DNA from: Pseudogymnoascus verrucosus
Taxonomy: Eukaryota
DNA: 64,000 nucleotides
Strand: one strand, 5' to 3'
NCBI GenBank assembly: GCA_001662655.1
Contig: KV460215.1
Positions 23,801-34,132 of this stretch are shown here, one piece after another. The translations under genes and the position numbers were made by a program. The number at the start of each line of letters is the position of its first letter. Positions within the stretch are counted from its first letter, which is position 1. The notes beneath the pieces are model-generated. The model saw only the letters and a list, made by a program, of their open reading frames with translations, did not search any database and was not told the origin of the DNA.

Positions 23801-24981
23801 TCACCGTGCATCTGGGGAAGCACATGGAGCAGCTATCCCTACCCGTGCTGCGCCTCGTCGACCAGAGAACCGTAGACGCCAACACTATCATCTCCCCCGT
23901 CGAGGCGCTGCCGGTGCGCAACCACCACCCTCTCACGCCTACGGGTCCGCAATCCGGTGGGCCGGGGGGGAATAACCTCTACCACGGCCAGGGCATCTCG
24001 CCGCCTTTCGCGCACTTCCCGCCTGGTATGGCTGGGTTCCCGCAGAACGGCGTGCGGGGGATTCCTGATTACGGCGGTGAGGGGATGTATCCCAACCCCC
24101 AGGCGCAGAATATGGCGTATGCCGGCGCCAATGGGGGAGGGTATGCATATGGCGATAACGCGGGGATGCAGGCACATCACCATATGCAGCAGCAGCATAT
24201 GCAGCAACAACAGCAACAGCAGGCTGACCTCCTCCGCTCAGCGACCACGTATAATGGCCTCACACCCCTTGAACACACGCCCCTAGTCGACCAATCCGGA
24301 TTCCCGTCGTATAGCCCACACTCCGTCACCCCAGGGGGTGGGTACGCGTACACCTCCGCATCGGATATCTCGCCCACTCCTGCTGCGTACCCGCCCGGGA
24401 CGGGGGGCCAGGGGTTTGGGTTCGTTCAGCAGCAGCAGCAGCATTTAACGCCTGAACCGTATATGCCTGCGGAGTATGGTGGGGGAGCGGGGATGGGTGA
24501 TAGTTTTGGCCTCGGTGTTGGTGTGACGGGGGGTGGGTACGGGGGGATGTCGCACCACGGCCTCCCCTTCTCTGCAGGGGGGCAGCAGATGAAGGTTGAG
24601 CAGACGAGCCCGTTTAGTGGTGCTTCTTCGTCGACGACGTCGCGCGGGTTTAATGGCGGGGGCGGTGGTGGATTAGGGGTTGAAGGGCTAGGCGTGGCGG
24701 GGATGGGGATGGTGAGGGATCGGAGCGGGAGTGGCGGGAGGCAGATGGCGCAGCAGGGGGGGTTGCAGTTGCAGATGCAGGGTTTGGTGCCAGGACAGCA
24801 AGGGGGACAGGGGGGGACGAGTCCGTATAGTGCGGGGAGTTCGGCGGGGGGGATGGGGCATCAGGGGGTCCAGGGGCAGGGACAGTTTGGGGGTGTGATG
24901 GGAGGACAGATGCAGGGCCAGCAGATGGGACAGTTGGGCCACCAGGGGGGGTATGCGGATGAGTATTATGGGGGGATGTAG
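20863..24981 (+). CDS. Large C2H2 zinc-finger transcription factor (1372 aa, intronless)
   Basis: Fingers read FECQLCFKVKKFLKPSDWTKHVHED, FTCTYPSCREPKSFKRKADWVRHENERH, WTCQIEDCSHKCYRKDNFLQHLVREH and CKFCGKAFASWKKLTVHLGKH. The N-terminus is S/P-rich and the C-terminus Q/G-rich. Confidence 0.92.
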   Translation: MSSSVASGATPSPSIDPRQLDGSSPDYPHHAPAAPLDAAYLSSYQYQHYSSSSSPSALTPGNPVSENSGYSEFSDYGADEFFGVNFDADGQDLIIGSDSQGPSPPQTTGLGFDPLLDNEATPDTPPAVTAPLMTPDPTRSRKSSPNSNRPPAVKTFIPRVSAPEDGLNSASSPSSFNLSVNTAEQQATPDMSGNTSHTSAEGVPNSMGAFAGHSPRVTLTTWNSTEERELSTDPEDQGTTVGAASERGLQGYFAPRDAEHSSAYNIQISVAKSSNGSSVDDDEDEGGARRGFDPVRRKSFSDAEIPNFKDRARSEEIEAKRREVEEWRSQAGDSSDEQDDSPTRPPLSGLSAPAPNRGRSLSTGAVPHSQNSPRGFSSWAPEPPHIQTSALDAEAEEDNIRPVSPTASIRENRLQDGQTYFNKGASNITDEDVILMQQSRHFSDAATFPNIVSPSIEGKGTSAKEMMEKWNAAADSFSIISRSATWGTRRRRLSAPSVKEIEAITSGGLLKRLSFGKGNEKKPGILSTINNAFGNVVRKKSVGEPGKLKRNRNIDAVDRGRPPSSPLGKKENNTTSTLAPPRSPSGTRVRPQSPRLTTSFGRELTPGDGGHSRRASVGSTNSVGGFFTGVGNAIRRSRSKSELSTEAGLTGIAGQWMKMGGPPVPTLTSPPIDADEEYGLIDDQPMHDVSDMDLDADDDDDDDLADDGDLQFDLDTPIVATMDGFRDHVRKLNPMMEPGYLVDRLAHQQMVRYKCLLGWRIKHQGAISDRACNAQEFCLSMGGATKYYEAKAKGRAGANKALPIDGDGSDSNPENALGAESFPDGVPKPPALSLPAEFECQLCFKVKKFLKPSDWTKHVHEDVQPFTCTYPSCREPKSFKRKADWVRHENERHRHLEWWTCQIEDCSHKCYRKDNFLQHLVREHKLPEPKTKSKAAIRRATGVEEEVWARVAECHHETLVRPVDEPCKFCGKAFASWKKLTVHLGKHMEQLSLPVLRLVDQRTVDANTIISPVEALPVRNHHPLTPTGPQSGGPGGNNLYHGQGISPPFAHFPPGMAGFPQNGVRGIPDYGGEGMYPNPQAQNMAYAGANGGGYAYGDNAGMQAHHHMQQQHMQQQQQQQADLLRSATTYNGLTPLEHTPLVDQSGFPSYSPHSVTPGGGYAYTSASDISPTPAAYPPGTGGQGFGFVQQQQQHLTPEPYMPAEYGGGAGMGDSFGLGVGVTGGGYGGMSHHGLPFSAGGQQMKVEQTSPFSGASSSTTSRGFNGGGGGGLGVEGLGVAGMGMVRDRSGSGGRQMAQQGGLQLQMQGLVPGQQGGQGGTSPYSAGSSAGGMGHQGVQGQGQFGGVMGGQMQGQQMGQLGHQGGYADEYYGGM

Positions 24982-26438
24982 ATGTGATGGCTGCTAGTTG
25001 TCGCTCTTGAAGACTTTCTCTGTTGGGGTTTAATTTTTTGGATTGCGATTTTGGCGGGTGGTTGATACACTTTTTTTTTTTGGAAATATTTAGGGGGGTG
25101 TAGGAAGGGGTTTCGGCGCCTTCGTCATTTTTTTTATATTTTTTCTCGATTTTATTGGCGCGCGGTGGTGGGAGAGGGGGGCTTTTTTTTAAAGGGGGGG
25201 GTCGAACGAAGGTGGGGTGATGAGTGGGGGTGGTGAGGTGGGAGGGGAGGGGTAAAGGGGTATATAGAAGATTTATTTGTTCTATCTATTGAAGTTGATT
25301 TTATATATTTTGTGGTATTGTGTGGTATTTGTTTGATGTGCTGGTTTTAGGAAGGGAGGTGTAGTAGAGTGGGTGGAGAGGGATGGGACGGGGTGAAGTG
25401 GTTGAGTGTATGTGGTATGGAAGAGTTGGGGAATAAGGGGCGGGAGGATTGGTATGTGTTTGGCTGGTTGGAGGTGGGGGTGGCGAATCAAGCATATATA
25501 TATTGATCTATAGACGCGAAATCGCCACTTCTAGCTAAATATATGGAATGATTGCACTACATGGAATGATTGCACTGCATGTGCTGGACGGAACATCTGT
25601 TTGGTTTTACAATCTCGTTGGCCTGTACCGACGAACAGTTTCATTTATATCAGAGTCTCAGCCAAGACGACGATGCCACTACTCTCCCACAAGCCGCCTT
25701 AGATCACCTACCTAAGGGAGGGCGCATTCAGTTGATGGTTGAGATAACTTTATGCGAAAGCAGACAAGGACCATTTTGTGGACGCAGGCTTGAAGCCGAG
25801 TAAGGAAGTTCTTCTCTGAATATGTATCTCACTCGTTGATCGTTGTTGCTGTCGTTACTCTTGTTGCCGTTGTTGTTGGCCCTTCTTGCTATCGTTTGGC
25901 TGTTCTTGTCGTTGTTGGACTATTCTTGCCGTTGTTGATATAATTCTTACTATTGTTGGTCGTTTTTTGCCCTGTTGGTTGTTCATCGGATAGCAATGTT
26001 ACTGGTGCTGCGTAATCGCTCACTTCTTTCTCATTCTTTCCGCAGCGTCTGGACTTTGTTTGCTTCCTTCTTCTAATGTATTTGGCGCGGAGCATTGGTT
26101 CTCAGGAGCTTTATAGAGACATACCTCTATCTATTCCATCTACTCTGCATCCATCTCTTCCATCTCACTGTGATATATATGCCTGAGCTAGTGAGTGTCA
26201 ATATCATAAACTCTCCTATGAATCACAACATGTCCTGTGGGGGGATTGTGGAATTTTGATATCTCGTGTGAAGATTCCGAGATTAGATGAACTACGAATC
26301 ACTGAGATGAGACGAGTGTGAAAAAAAGGAATAAAAGTATCATTGATAATTTCTCTCTAGCTCACTCCATTCTCTCACACGGTACTGACCAATACCACCA
26401 TCGACCCCCCTCCCCTTTATCATTTCAACCCCTTCCCC

Positions 26439-27041
26439 TTAAATCCTCACAACACTATAACATCCATACCCATACCCATACCCACACCCAAACCTCCCAC
26501 AATACCCGTTTATCACAACCACAAAAAACACCATCACCAGCATCATCATCAAATACCAAGGGCCCTTTCGCACAATAGCCGAAACAAGACGTTTTGCTGA
26601 CACTGGGCGCGGGAGAGTTCGCAGATGGCGAGGAGGTAGGATGCGGCGCGGGGCTCTGCGGAAGGGGTAAGGCGCCCATATCAATATCTTCTGTGCTGGG
26701 ACGCAGAGCTCTCGGCTGGAGGGTGTATGTTTCTCCTCGATCTTGTGTCCCCCATACTCCTCAGTCCCCGTGGTTGATTCCTCCATCCCCTCTCTCCCGC
26801 TCCGCCTCCGATGTTTCTTGCGTTTTCCCATCCGCGCGCTGCCTGTCTTTGACGGGGCGGGGACAGGGCCGTTGTGGAAGCGGCTCTGGGCGAGGTGTGT
26901 GGCGAGGGCGTGGTGGTTGAGGAAGCTGCGGTGGCAGGGGTCGCAGTCGGGGTGGGACTCACACCGGCGGATGTGGGAGCGGAGGGCGAGGCGGGTTGGG
27001 AAGGTGAGGGTGCAGGGGGAGCACGAAGTTTGGGGCGGCAT
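26439..27041 (-). CDS. Small C2H2 zinc-finger protein with a basic patch and hydrophobic C-terminal segment
   Basis: Two finger-like motifs, CSPCTLTFPTRLALRSHIRRCESH and CDPCHRSFLNHHALATHLAQSRFH, are followed by KRKKHRRR and by WYLMMMLVMVFFVVVI near the C-terminus. Confidence 0.65.
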   Translation of the reverse strand: MPPQTSCSPCTLTFPTRLALRSHIRRCESHPDCDPCHRSFLNHHALATHLAQSRFHNGPVPAPSKTGSARMGKRKKHRRRSGREGMEESTTGTEEYGGHKIEEKHTPSSRELCVPAQKILIWAPYPFRRAPRRILPPRHLRTLPRPVSAKRLVSAIVRKGPWYLMMMLVMVFFVVVINGYCGRFGCGYGYGYGCYSVVRI

Positions 27042-27441
27042 GGTTTGTTCCGTTTTTTTTTTGGTTTTGTTTTTGGAAAGGTGAATGGAATGATAGCTCT
27101 AGGGGCTCTGATGAGGTTAGAGGGCGGGGAGTGGACGGTTGATGTATGTTTCTGTTTTAGAAACGGGAGGGCCGATGGAGTGCTGATTCTTGTTTGAGGA
27201 AGAGACGGGAATGTTCTGTACGTAGCATGGAACGAGAAGCAGTGACGGGATAATGGAAATAAAATAAAAAACGACTTGGGATTTGCAGCGGATGGTTTCA
27301 GGATCTCTTCATTGGGGCCCTTTGTTCTTGCTGTTTCGGGGTTTTGGAATGCGATATTCTGGCGTGTATTCTGAACTCATTCTGTTTCTGGTCGTCCGGT
27401 TTACGCCTGCTCATATAGTAGATTAGGCCCTTTTAAGACGA

Positions 27442-28653
27442 CTAGTTTTCCTTGTTAGCCAACAAAGATTTTGTCGAAGGCCGTTCCCACCGCACAACAT
27501 GCTGTCCTTCAAATATGGCATTTTTTGCTTTTTTTATATGTCTAACACCACCCTCGATGTTGTAAGCCCTATCGCGAGACGTATAAAGAACTGGGGTCTG
27601 AGGTGGAAATCCCGGCCAATCCAGCTGGGATGTTGCGTTGACAGGTCCATTCTGTGCCTTCGAACGTCTTCCTGCCGCCCACTCTGCGAGGAAGCTCCTA
27701 ATTTCCTTGATTCCACCGTTACCTGCTTCGATGGGTATTTTCACGTCCCATTCTGCCATTTCCTCTATAGCCTTGACGTCTTGGTCCCAGCTTGCAATCT
27801 CGCGAAAATGAACATCCAGAGTGAGAATCTCGTATATGGTAAAGATAACCTGATCAATGTCGTTGCGGTAGATGTCCACGCTCGGGCTACCAATTTTTGC
27901 AGCGAACTCGAAATCGAAGAGCCGGATTTTCCCAGTGACTGGGTCAACCACAATGTTGCGCCCCGCGATATCCTGATGATAGATGCCGAACTTGAAATGC
28001 AACTCATCCACGAGAGACGTAAGTTGCTGCAACCAAGCGAAGCGGAACGGGCGCGTTTTGTTTTCATCAAAGGTCCCACCAGGTATGAAAGGGACGGTAA
28101 ATCCTAGGATTCGTGGCTCAACATCGTCTAACACGATACGTCCGAATGGAACGATCAATTCGTGTTTCGGGAGAGCCATCATAATTTGCAATTCATTCCA
28201 TATACGATCCAAATGAATATATATCATTGAGTACTTAAAGATGCCGAGCTGGCTTTTTCCGGGGCCATCTTCGTACCGCACCATATCAACTGAATGGCCT
28301 ACCCTGTCGACCTCCTCCATCTGGGTGCGCATCAAAGTCGTGTGGCCATTTGGCACATCTCGGGGGTCATATCGAGGGTAGTGAACGAACCATGCCGCCT
28401 CATCATTTGGGTGTGAAGAAATAGAGACGATATCTCCTTCGTCAGACACTGTGATCTTATGCACAGCAGGGTCAAGCTGGTCAATGTGTCGGCGGAGTAT
28501 CTTAATCGCATCCGGATCCCGAGGCACCGCTTTTGGTGATCCGGTAACTGTTACCCAGCGTCTCTGGTCACAATCAAGGATATGCCACGAGTAAGGGCCG
28601 CCATTAGGTTTATCTTCATATGGGCTCCAAAATCTATAGGTGGGGTCGATCAT
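27442..28653 (-). CDS. Atypical fungal protein kinase-like protein (intronless)
   Basis: Kinase-fold motifs are a beta3 Lys (GIFKY), alphaC Glu (WNEL), catalytic loop HQDIAGRN and a DFE variant of DFG. There is no obvious Gly-rich loop. The start is placed at MIDPTYRFWS (28653); an in-frame ATG also exists at 28683. Confidence 0.8.
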   Translation of the reverse strand: MIDPTYRFWSPYEDKPNGGPYSWHILDCDQRRWVTVTGSPKAVPRDPDAIKILRRHIDQLDPAVHKITVSDEGDIVSISSHPNDEAAWFVHYPRYDPRDVPNGHTTLMRTQMEEVDRVGHSVDMVRYEDGPGKSQLGIFKYSMIYIHLDRIWNELQIMMALPKHELIVPFGRIVLDDVEPRILGFTVPFIPGGTFDENKTRPFRFAWLQQLTSLVDELHFKFGIYHQDIAGRNIVVDPVTGKIRLFDFEFAAKIGSPSVDIYRNDIDQVIFTIYEILTLDVHFREIASWDQDVKAIEEMAEWDVKIPIEAGNGGIKEIRSFLAEWAAGRRSKAQNGPVNATSQLDWPGFPPQTPVLYTSRDRAYNIEGGVRHIKKAKNAIFEGQHVVRWERPSTKSLLANKEN

Positions 28654-29368
28654 GCTGTAGGTATAGTGTGAATATAATAGCATATAACGATAATTGCTGT
28701 TGAAAAGTGTACTTCAAATCGATTCAACATAGCTCATCTTTAAGTAGATGGCAGAACAAGGCTTTTGAAGTACGAGGGAATATCGAGTCTTTCTTTATGT
28801 GCTATGAGTAGGGGGTGGTAGAGCATGTTCATACCGTCCGAGGAATGAAAATCGTCGACGCATACGGATGAAGAGACAAACGAAACTTGCGTATAAAGAG
28901 GGAAGATCGAGCCTTTACATTCTTTATCTTGCGGAGTAATAAGGCGACTATCTATTCCCAGTGTATTGAAGCCGTCGAAGTCGACGCATGCAGCCATACC
29001 ATAGGGGCGAACAAAGAAATAGAGAGAGACCGACGGAAATATAGTCAGCAGCACTATTTCCAGCGATGCCATGATGTTTCCATGCCAGTGCTTGTTAGTG
29101 GTGTCATGAAGCCCCTACATATATATGAAATACACTTGATAGTTCGAGAACCTTTCGACACCTATCGACGAGGGCGGTGCCTTGGTGCCTGCAACATCGC
29201 TAACACTTGCCATTGTACTATGAAACAACGCTTGATGTGCCATAAAATACTTAAAAAAGACATGTGCCTTCTCCAGTGTAGCTCTTCAGTGTACCTCTCC
29301 AGTCCGGTCGTGTTTCCCAAGATACTATTACGTGGCTGCTCCCAAAGAAAACGACAAACAAACTCCAA

Positions 29369-29617
29369 ATGTCTCAGATAGCCCCTGGAAAAACCGGCCA
29401 GGATTTGTCAAACCACTTGGTTATAAACCCGGTAACAAATTGCTGCTGTGGCCATTACGCTTATTACTCGGCAATTTGTGGTCACCAATATCAGATGATA
29501 TCTCATCAATGCGGGAAGGTTACCGGTCCATCACTACATGCCGTATTTTGCAGGACTCCAGCCCCGATACATATCATACAAGGTGTTAAGGTTGACGCAA
29601 GTTGCCCGCTATGCTGA
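29369..29617 (+). CDS. Putative 82-aa Cys/His-rich metal-binding microprotein
   Basis: The ATG has good context (CCAAATG). Spaced ligands read CCCGH-YAYYSAI-CGH-x6-QCG-x9-VFC...CPLC*, and the ORF ends exactly on a CxxC. Confidence 0.5.
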   Translation: MSQIAPGKTGQDLSNHLVINPVTNCCCGHYAYYSAICGHQYQMISHQCGKVTGPSLHAVFCRTPAPIHIIQGVKVDASCPLC

Positions 29618-30000
29618 GCCTCCTCGCAAGTCAAAGAACCAGTCAAGCCAGTTTGTTTGGTCTGTTGGAGCTGAAAAGAGCTTGGATGAGCTTGATCACC
29701 GGAGGTAACGACTGTTTCCTTACTGTTCGCTTCTGGCATCTCACCTCTCAGCATCTGACACACGCAAAGCAGACGCCTCCATCATCGCCCTCTTCACTAT
29801 CCAGTCCATGCTCTGTTCCGTTCCTGTCGCCAGTTTTGCTGTTACATTTTTCCCACTCGCGTCAAGTTTGACTGGCGATCCGCTGTTTGTGCGTTTCGGA
29901 TTGGCAGTTATCATATCTCAAGTTCTATGCCTCGGCGGGAAAGGACATAGGCTATGAGCCCCATTACATCAGAAAATGGTTGGCAGAGGCTAACAACAAC

Positions 30001-30126
30001 ACGTTCTGGCAAGGGACGATTCTGGGAAGGGACGATTCTGGGAAGGGACGATTCTGGCAAGGGACGATTCTGGCAAGGGACGATTCTGGGAAGGGACGAT
30101 TCTGGGAAGGGACGATTCTGGCAAGG
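30001..30126. repeat. 16-bp tandem repeat AAGGGACGATTCTGGS, 7 full copies plus partial flanks
   Basis: Units start at 30011, 30027, 30043, 30059, 30075, 30091 and 30107. Only the last base (C/G) varies. Confidence 0.97.
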
Positions 30127-30890
30127 AATGAGATGGTTATGCTTTACATTAGCAATTAAATGCCAATCCCTCTATAACTACTGCTACTACCGGCAAAAAA
30201 ACCCCCCTGACGGCTTTCCTCCTCGTGAATATATACAAGCTAGTTTTTGCTACTCCTTTCTTTCACTGCTCTAAAAAAAAGCATTTGTGATCATTGTAGT
30301 ACCAGTCGTATGCAGTGATTGGAATGAGAGTAACAGGGACAGTAAGACTACCTGCTTACAACCCCCACCCCCCCCCCCCTTTTTTCTACCCATCAACATC
30401 CCCCCACCCATTCAAGCTCAGGCTCCCAGTGCTATCACCGTCCTCCCCAACCTCAGACACCGAGGTAGCCAAATACGAACACCCTCCCCGAGCGCGAGCA
30501 ATTACGAATGAGGTACCGGATATGTGCGAAGACGAGTTGTATGGATAAAAGACTAAAGTGCCCATACTTGCTTGTCCTGATAGTTATATTTATGTATGCT
30601 TTGGGTTTGAATATTGTGAATATTATCCTTTCGTCTTGAAGTCTCACATTTACCCTCTTCTTTCCCCTAACATAGCGATGAATGGCCGGCTACAACAAAG
30701 GTTTAAACTTTAAATAACGGTAATAAATAGCTTTATATTAACAGTTATAACAATCGCCGTGGTCATTACTTATTCCCTACCCCAAACGCCGTATACCGGC
30801 CCCGACCACGCCCCCAAAAAAGATATCGCTTCCACCCCAAAAAACATAATCCATAAAATCCCACACCAACCCCCCTTTTGAGGAGGTCCT

Positions 30891-32766
30891 TCAGCAAATA
30901 ACATGATAAACCCTCTTCCACCTCGGCCACTCCTCCCTCTCCGCCCTCTCCGCCTTCAACATCTCCGCCAAATTCAACTCCCTAATCCCCGTCTTAAGAT
31001 CCATCTCATGACACCTCCACACCTTCGTCCCATACGTCCACTTATACCCCACAAACATCACAATCACAATCGGCGCCGCCAGGTAACCCAGGAAGAAATT
31101 CCGCACCTGCGCGGCCATCGTCATGTTACCGTAGCCCACCGGCCATCCCCCGGTCCAGAATTGCGCCACGAGAACGAGGCAGTTGAAGATGAAGCCGATC
31201 CAACTCCCCACCACCCCGGGCTGGGATACAAACGCCAACTCGTCGAGCGAGTGTCCCTGGATGCGCCAGGCGCGGCGGAAGCGGATGTGAGCGAGGCAGA
31301 TGGAAGCCCAAGTGAAGATCGAGCTGAGTCCCGAGAGGGCAAGCATCCAACTCAGAACCGCGTTCTGCTGATCGGAGTTAGCAGCGTAGGCGATGAAGCC
31401 GAGGGCAGAGGAGGCGCAGATAGCGACCACAGGGCGGCCCTTGCGATCTACGTAGCCGAGGATCTTGGGAGCTTGTCCCTGGTCAGCGAGTGCGGCGAGG
31501 GTGCGTGAGGAGCCGAAGACGGAGGAGTTTCCGACGGAGAGGACGGCGATGAGGATTACAGCGTTCATTACCGAGGGGAGGACAGCGATGCCAGCGTCTT
31601 CGATGGCGATGACGAAGGGGCTGGAGGCACTGTCGCCGCGGTTTTGGTTGCTGGTGAGGAGGCGGGGGTCGTTGTAGGGGACGAGGAGGCCGACGAGGGT
31701 CAGGCTGACGATATAGAAGAGGGTGATGCGCCAGAAGACCTGCTTGATGGCTGTGGGGAGGGATTTTCGAGGGTTGGCGGTCTCGGCGGCGGCGAGGCCG
31801 ACGAGTTCGGTGCCGGCGAAGGCGAAGGCCGCGTTGACGAAGACGGAGCAGAGGCCCTTGAAGCCGTCGCGGAATGGGCCGGGGTCGACCCAGAATTTGC
31901 CGCCGATGTAGCCGGTGGTGGGTCCGCCGACGCAGTTGATGATGATGCCGAGGAGGATGAAGCCGATTACGGCGATGACTTTGACGATGGAGAAGAAGAA
32001 TTCGGCTTCTCCGTAGCCTTTAACGCCGAATAGATTGATACTGATGATGAGGAGTAGGAACACCGTCACAAATACCGAGGGATTGATACTCTTATTCCAA
32101 AACTCTATCGTTATCGTAGCTGCAATAATTTCCACCGGAAGGATAATAAGCCATTGCATAGCATAGCTGCTTCAATCAGTAAAAACTCATAGGAGGCGAA
32201 CAAGAGGTAACTCACTTCCAACCCATAGCAAACCCCCAAGCCGGATCAAGAAATCTCGACGAGTACGCTGAGAAAGACCCCGAAACAGGATACAACACAG
32301 CCATCTCGCCCAGCGCATGAACCGTGCAGTAAAGCATACACCCCGTCAACAGAAACGAGATAAGCAGCGACGCCGGGCCACCCGCATTGAGCGAGCGCCC
32401 CGACGCCACGAACAATCCCGTCCCAATACTCCCACCAATAGCAATCATCTGCAGATGCCTCCCCTTCAGCTTCCTCGCCAGCCTCGTATTCGCCGTCCGC
32501 AATATGGCCTGGTTCGGGTCGTAGACCCAGTCCTGGTGATCGACATCGCCGAGGTCGCCGAGAGGGTCGATGATATGCCGGTTCGGGTCGCGGCGGAAGC
32601 TGTCGATGAAGTGGTGGGGGAGGGAGCGGCGGCGGGGTTTCTCGTAGAAAGGCTCGCCGTTGAAGGAGCCGGGGGTGTCGTAGAAGCCGGGGGAGTTGGA
32701 GGTTAGGGAGGGGTTGGAGCCCTCGCCCTCTTTGGGGTCGGAGTGGTTGGGTAGGAGGCCTCGCAT
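30891..32766 (-). CDS. Amino-acid permease (yeast amino acid transporter / APC family, Gap1-like)
   Basis: Exons 32766-32216 and 32166-30891. Motifs include LARKLKGRHLQMIAIGGSIGTGLFV, GFAMGWNY across the intron, YGEAEF, FAGTELVGLAAAETANPRK and SPFVIA, with multiple TM segments. Confidence 0.95.
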
Positions 32767-33366
32767 GGTGGCGGAGCTGCGATTACGAGGTCGTGTGAGT
32801 GGTGATAGTTCCTTTGGGGAGTCGTGAGGGGGTTGGTGGTTTACTCATATGAAGCTTGAGGCGGTAGGTGGGCGGTCGGGCTGTGGCAAGTGCGGGGAGT
32901 GAAGTATGTGATGTCGGTGTATATACAATCCAAATAAATGGCGAATATGATAGACGGAGAGTTCGAGAGCGAGGACGGCGTGTATTGACGCTTATCAGTC
33001 ACCGCTTGGGCATGAAACCCTTGCGGGAGACTCGACGCGGGTTGTACAAGGCGAACTCAGAGAGGATCGGATAGCGTATGCTGCGAGTGTAGAGAGGGAG
33101 ACCGAGGGAGGGCAGACATCGACAGAGTGCGCAGAGGTGGCGTATGGGTATAGCGACCGATGAAGCAGCAGAGATACGCACGGCAATAAGGATTGAAGGA
33201 CGGCGATAGCAGAGAGGTTGTTGACGGTAGACTGGTTCAGTAGTAGTAGTAGTACGGCTACAGTAGTGCATTGTACCGCGGTGGATAACCAAAAGTATCT
33301 TTGAGGCGCGGGAAGTGTGGTGTGCGACAAGTTGGAGCGGGCGAAGCTAGGGAAGAGAAGACCCAC

Positions 33367-33594
33367 TTTAATACCCTCAATGGCCCCAAGGGTCGAGATA
33401 AAGCGATAAAAGCCATAAAAGCCCAGATATGACGTTAGCGAGCATGGGACCCGCTTATTTTTGTGCTGGCGATTAGAAATGAACGGCTGTGATTGGCTGA
33501 ATCCCCTTTTCCCCAGCTTCCATTTTTACGTGTCTTACCAATGTTGGGGTGCAGGTATATCAGGCACGTGAAAGATGGGGTCCAGGGGCACGTG
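33367..33594 (-). promoter_or_regulatory. Putative permease promoter with TATA-like box, clustered GATA motifs, CCAAT and two E-boxes
   Basis: TATTAAA lies on the minus strand at 33367-33373. GATA-type words are AGATAA 33396, CGATAA 33404 and AGATAT 33425. ATTGG is at 33492. GGCACGTG occurs twice (CACGTG at 33565 and 33589). Confidence 0.4.
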
Positions 33595-34132
33595 CTCATG
33601 GACTACAGTTTATCACTCATACAATATGGTCGTTATAAACATATAAACAAGCAAATATGACACCAATCTTACCCATTTTAACCTTGGCATCCTCGAAAAC
33701 ATCTCCACTCCAAGCGTGCGCCCTACACTCCCCGGTGGAGATCCGTTGCCGCCCCATCACGGAAGCCTCGTTAAGAAACTCCACGCCCTGCCACGCCGGC
33801 TCCACAATCTCCAAGAAATCCCGACCTTCCCAATCGGGCCTCAAACCACACGCGCGCACTTACCGTAAAAAGCAAACTCAGCAGAGAGCAAAAGATGAGT
33901 GTGTATAGTAAAGTAAGTGAGTGTAGTATTCGCAATATTCCATTGTACGTATATATGTAGCTGTTCGATTTTGGTATCAAAGTCGCCCCCTAATCTCTCA
34001 ACAAGAAAGTTTCTCGTGTGTAACGAAGAAGAAAGAAGAACCAAACGCCACCCTATCCTGCAATCCTGACAGGTCCCGTGTGTACAGAAGATACATACAG
34101 TATGTACCACATCTCCAAACCCCCCTTACTTC

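Noticed and set aside
21087..24942. Long antisense or alternate-frame ORFs inside genes (for example 22119-23180; likewise 13873-14586, 34080-34832, 43833-44609)
   Set aside because: These are shadow ORFs caused by GC-rich codon usage of the real gene.
25540..26095. ORFs 25570-25803 and 25889-26095, and an 18-bp tandem duplication (ATGGAATGATTGCACTRC)
   Set aside because: The ORFs are short with no recognisable domain and overlap GTT-rich simple sequence. There is not enough evidence for a gene or pseudogene.
28740..29381. ORFs between the atypical kinase and the Cys/His microprotein
   Set aside because: They overlap on both strands, lack motifs and occupy the probable promoter space.
29887..30274. 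ORFs with repeated GKGRFW/GTILGRDDS peptides
   Set aside because: They are translation of the 16-bp DNA repeat cycling through frames, not a protein repeat.
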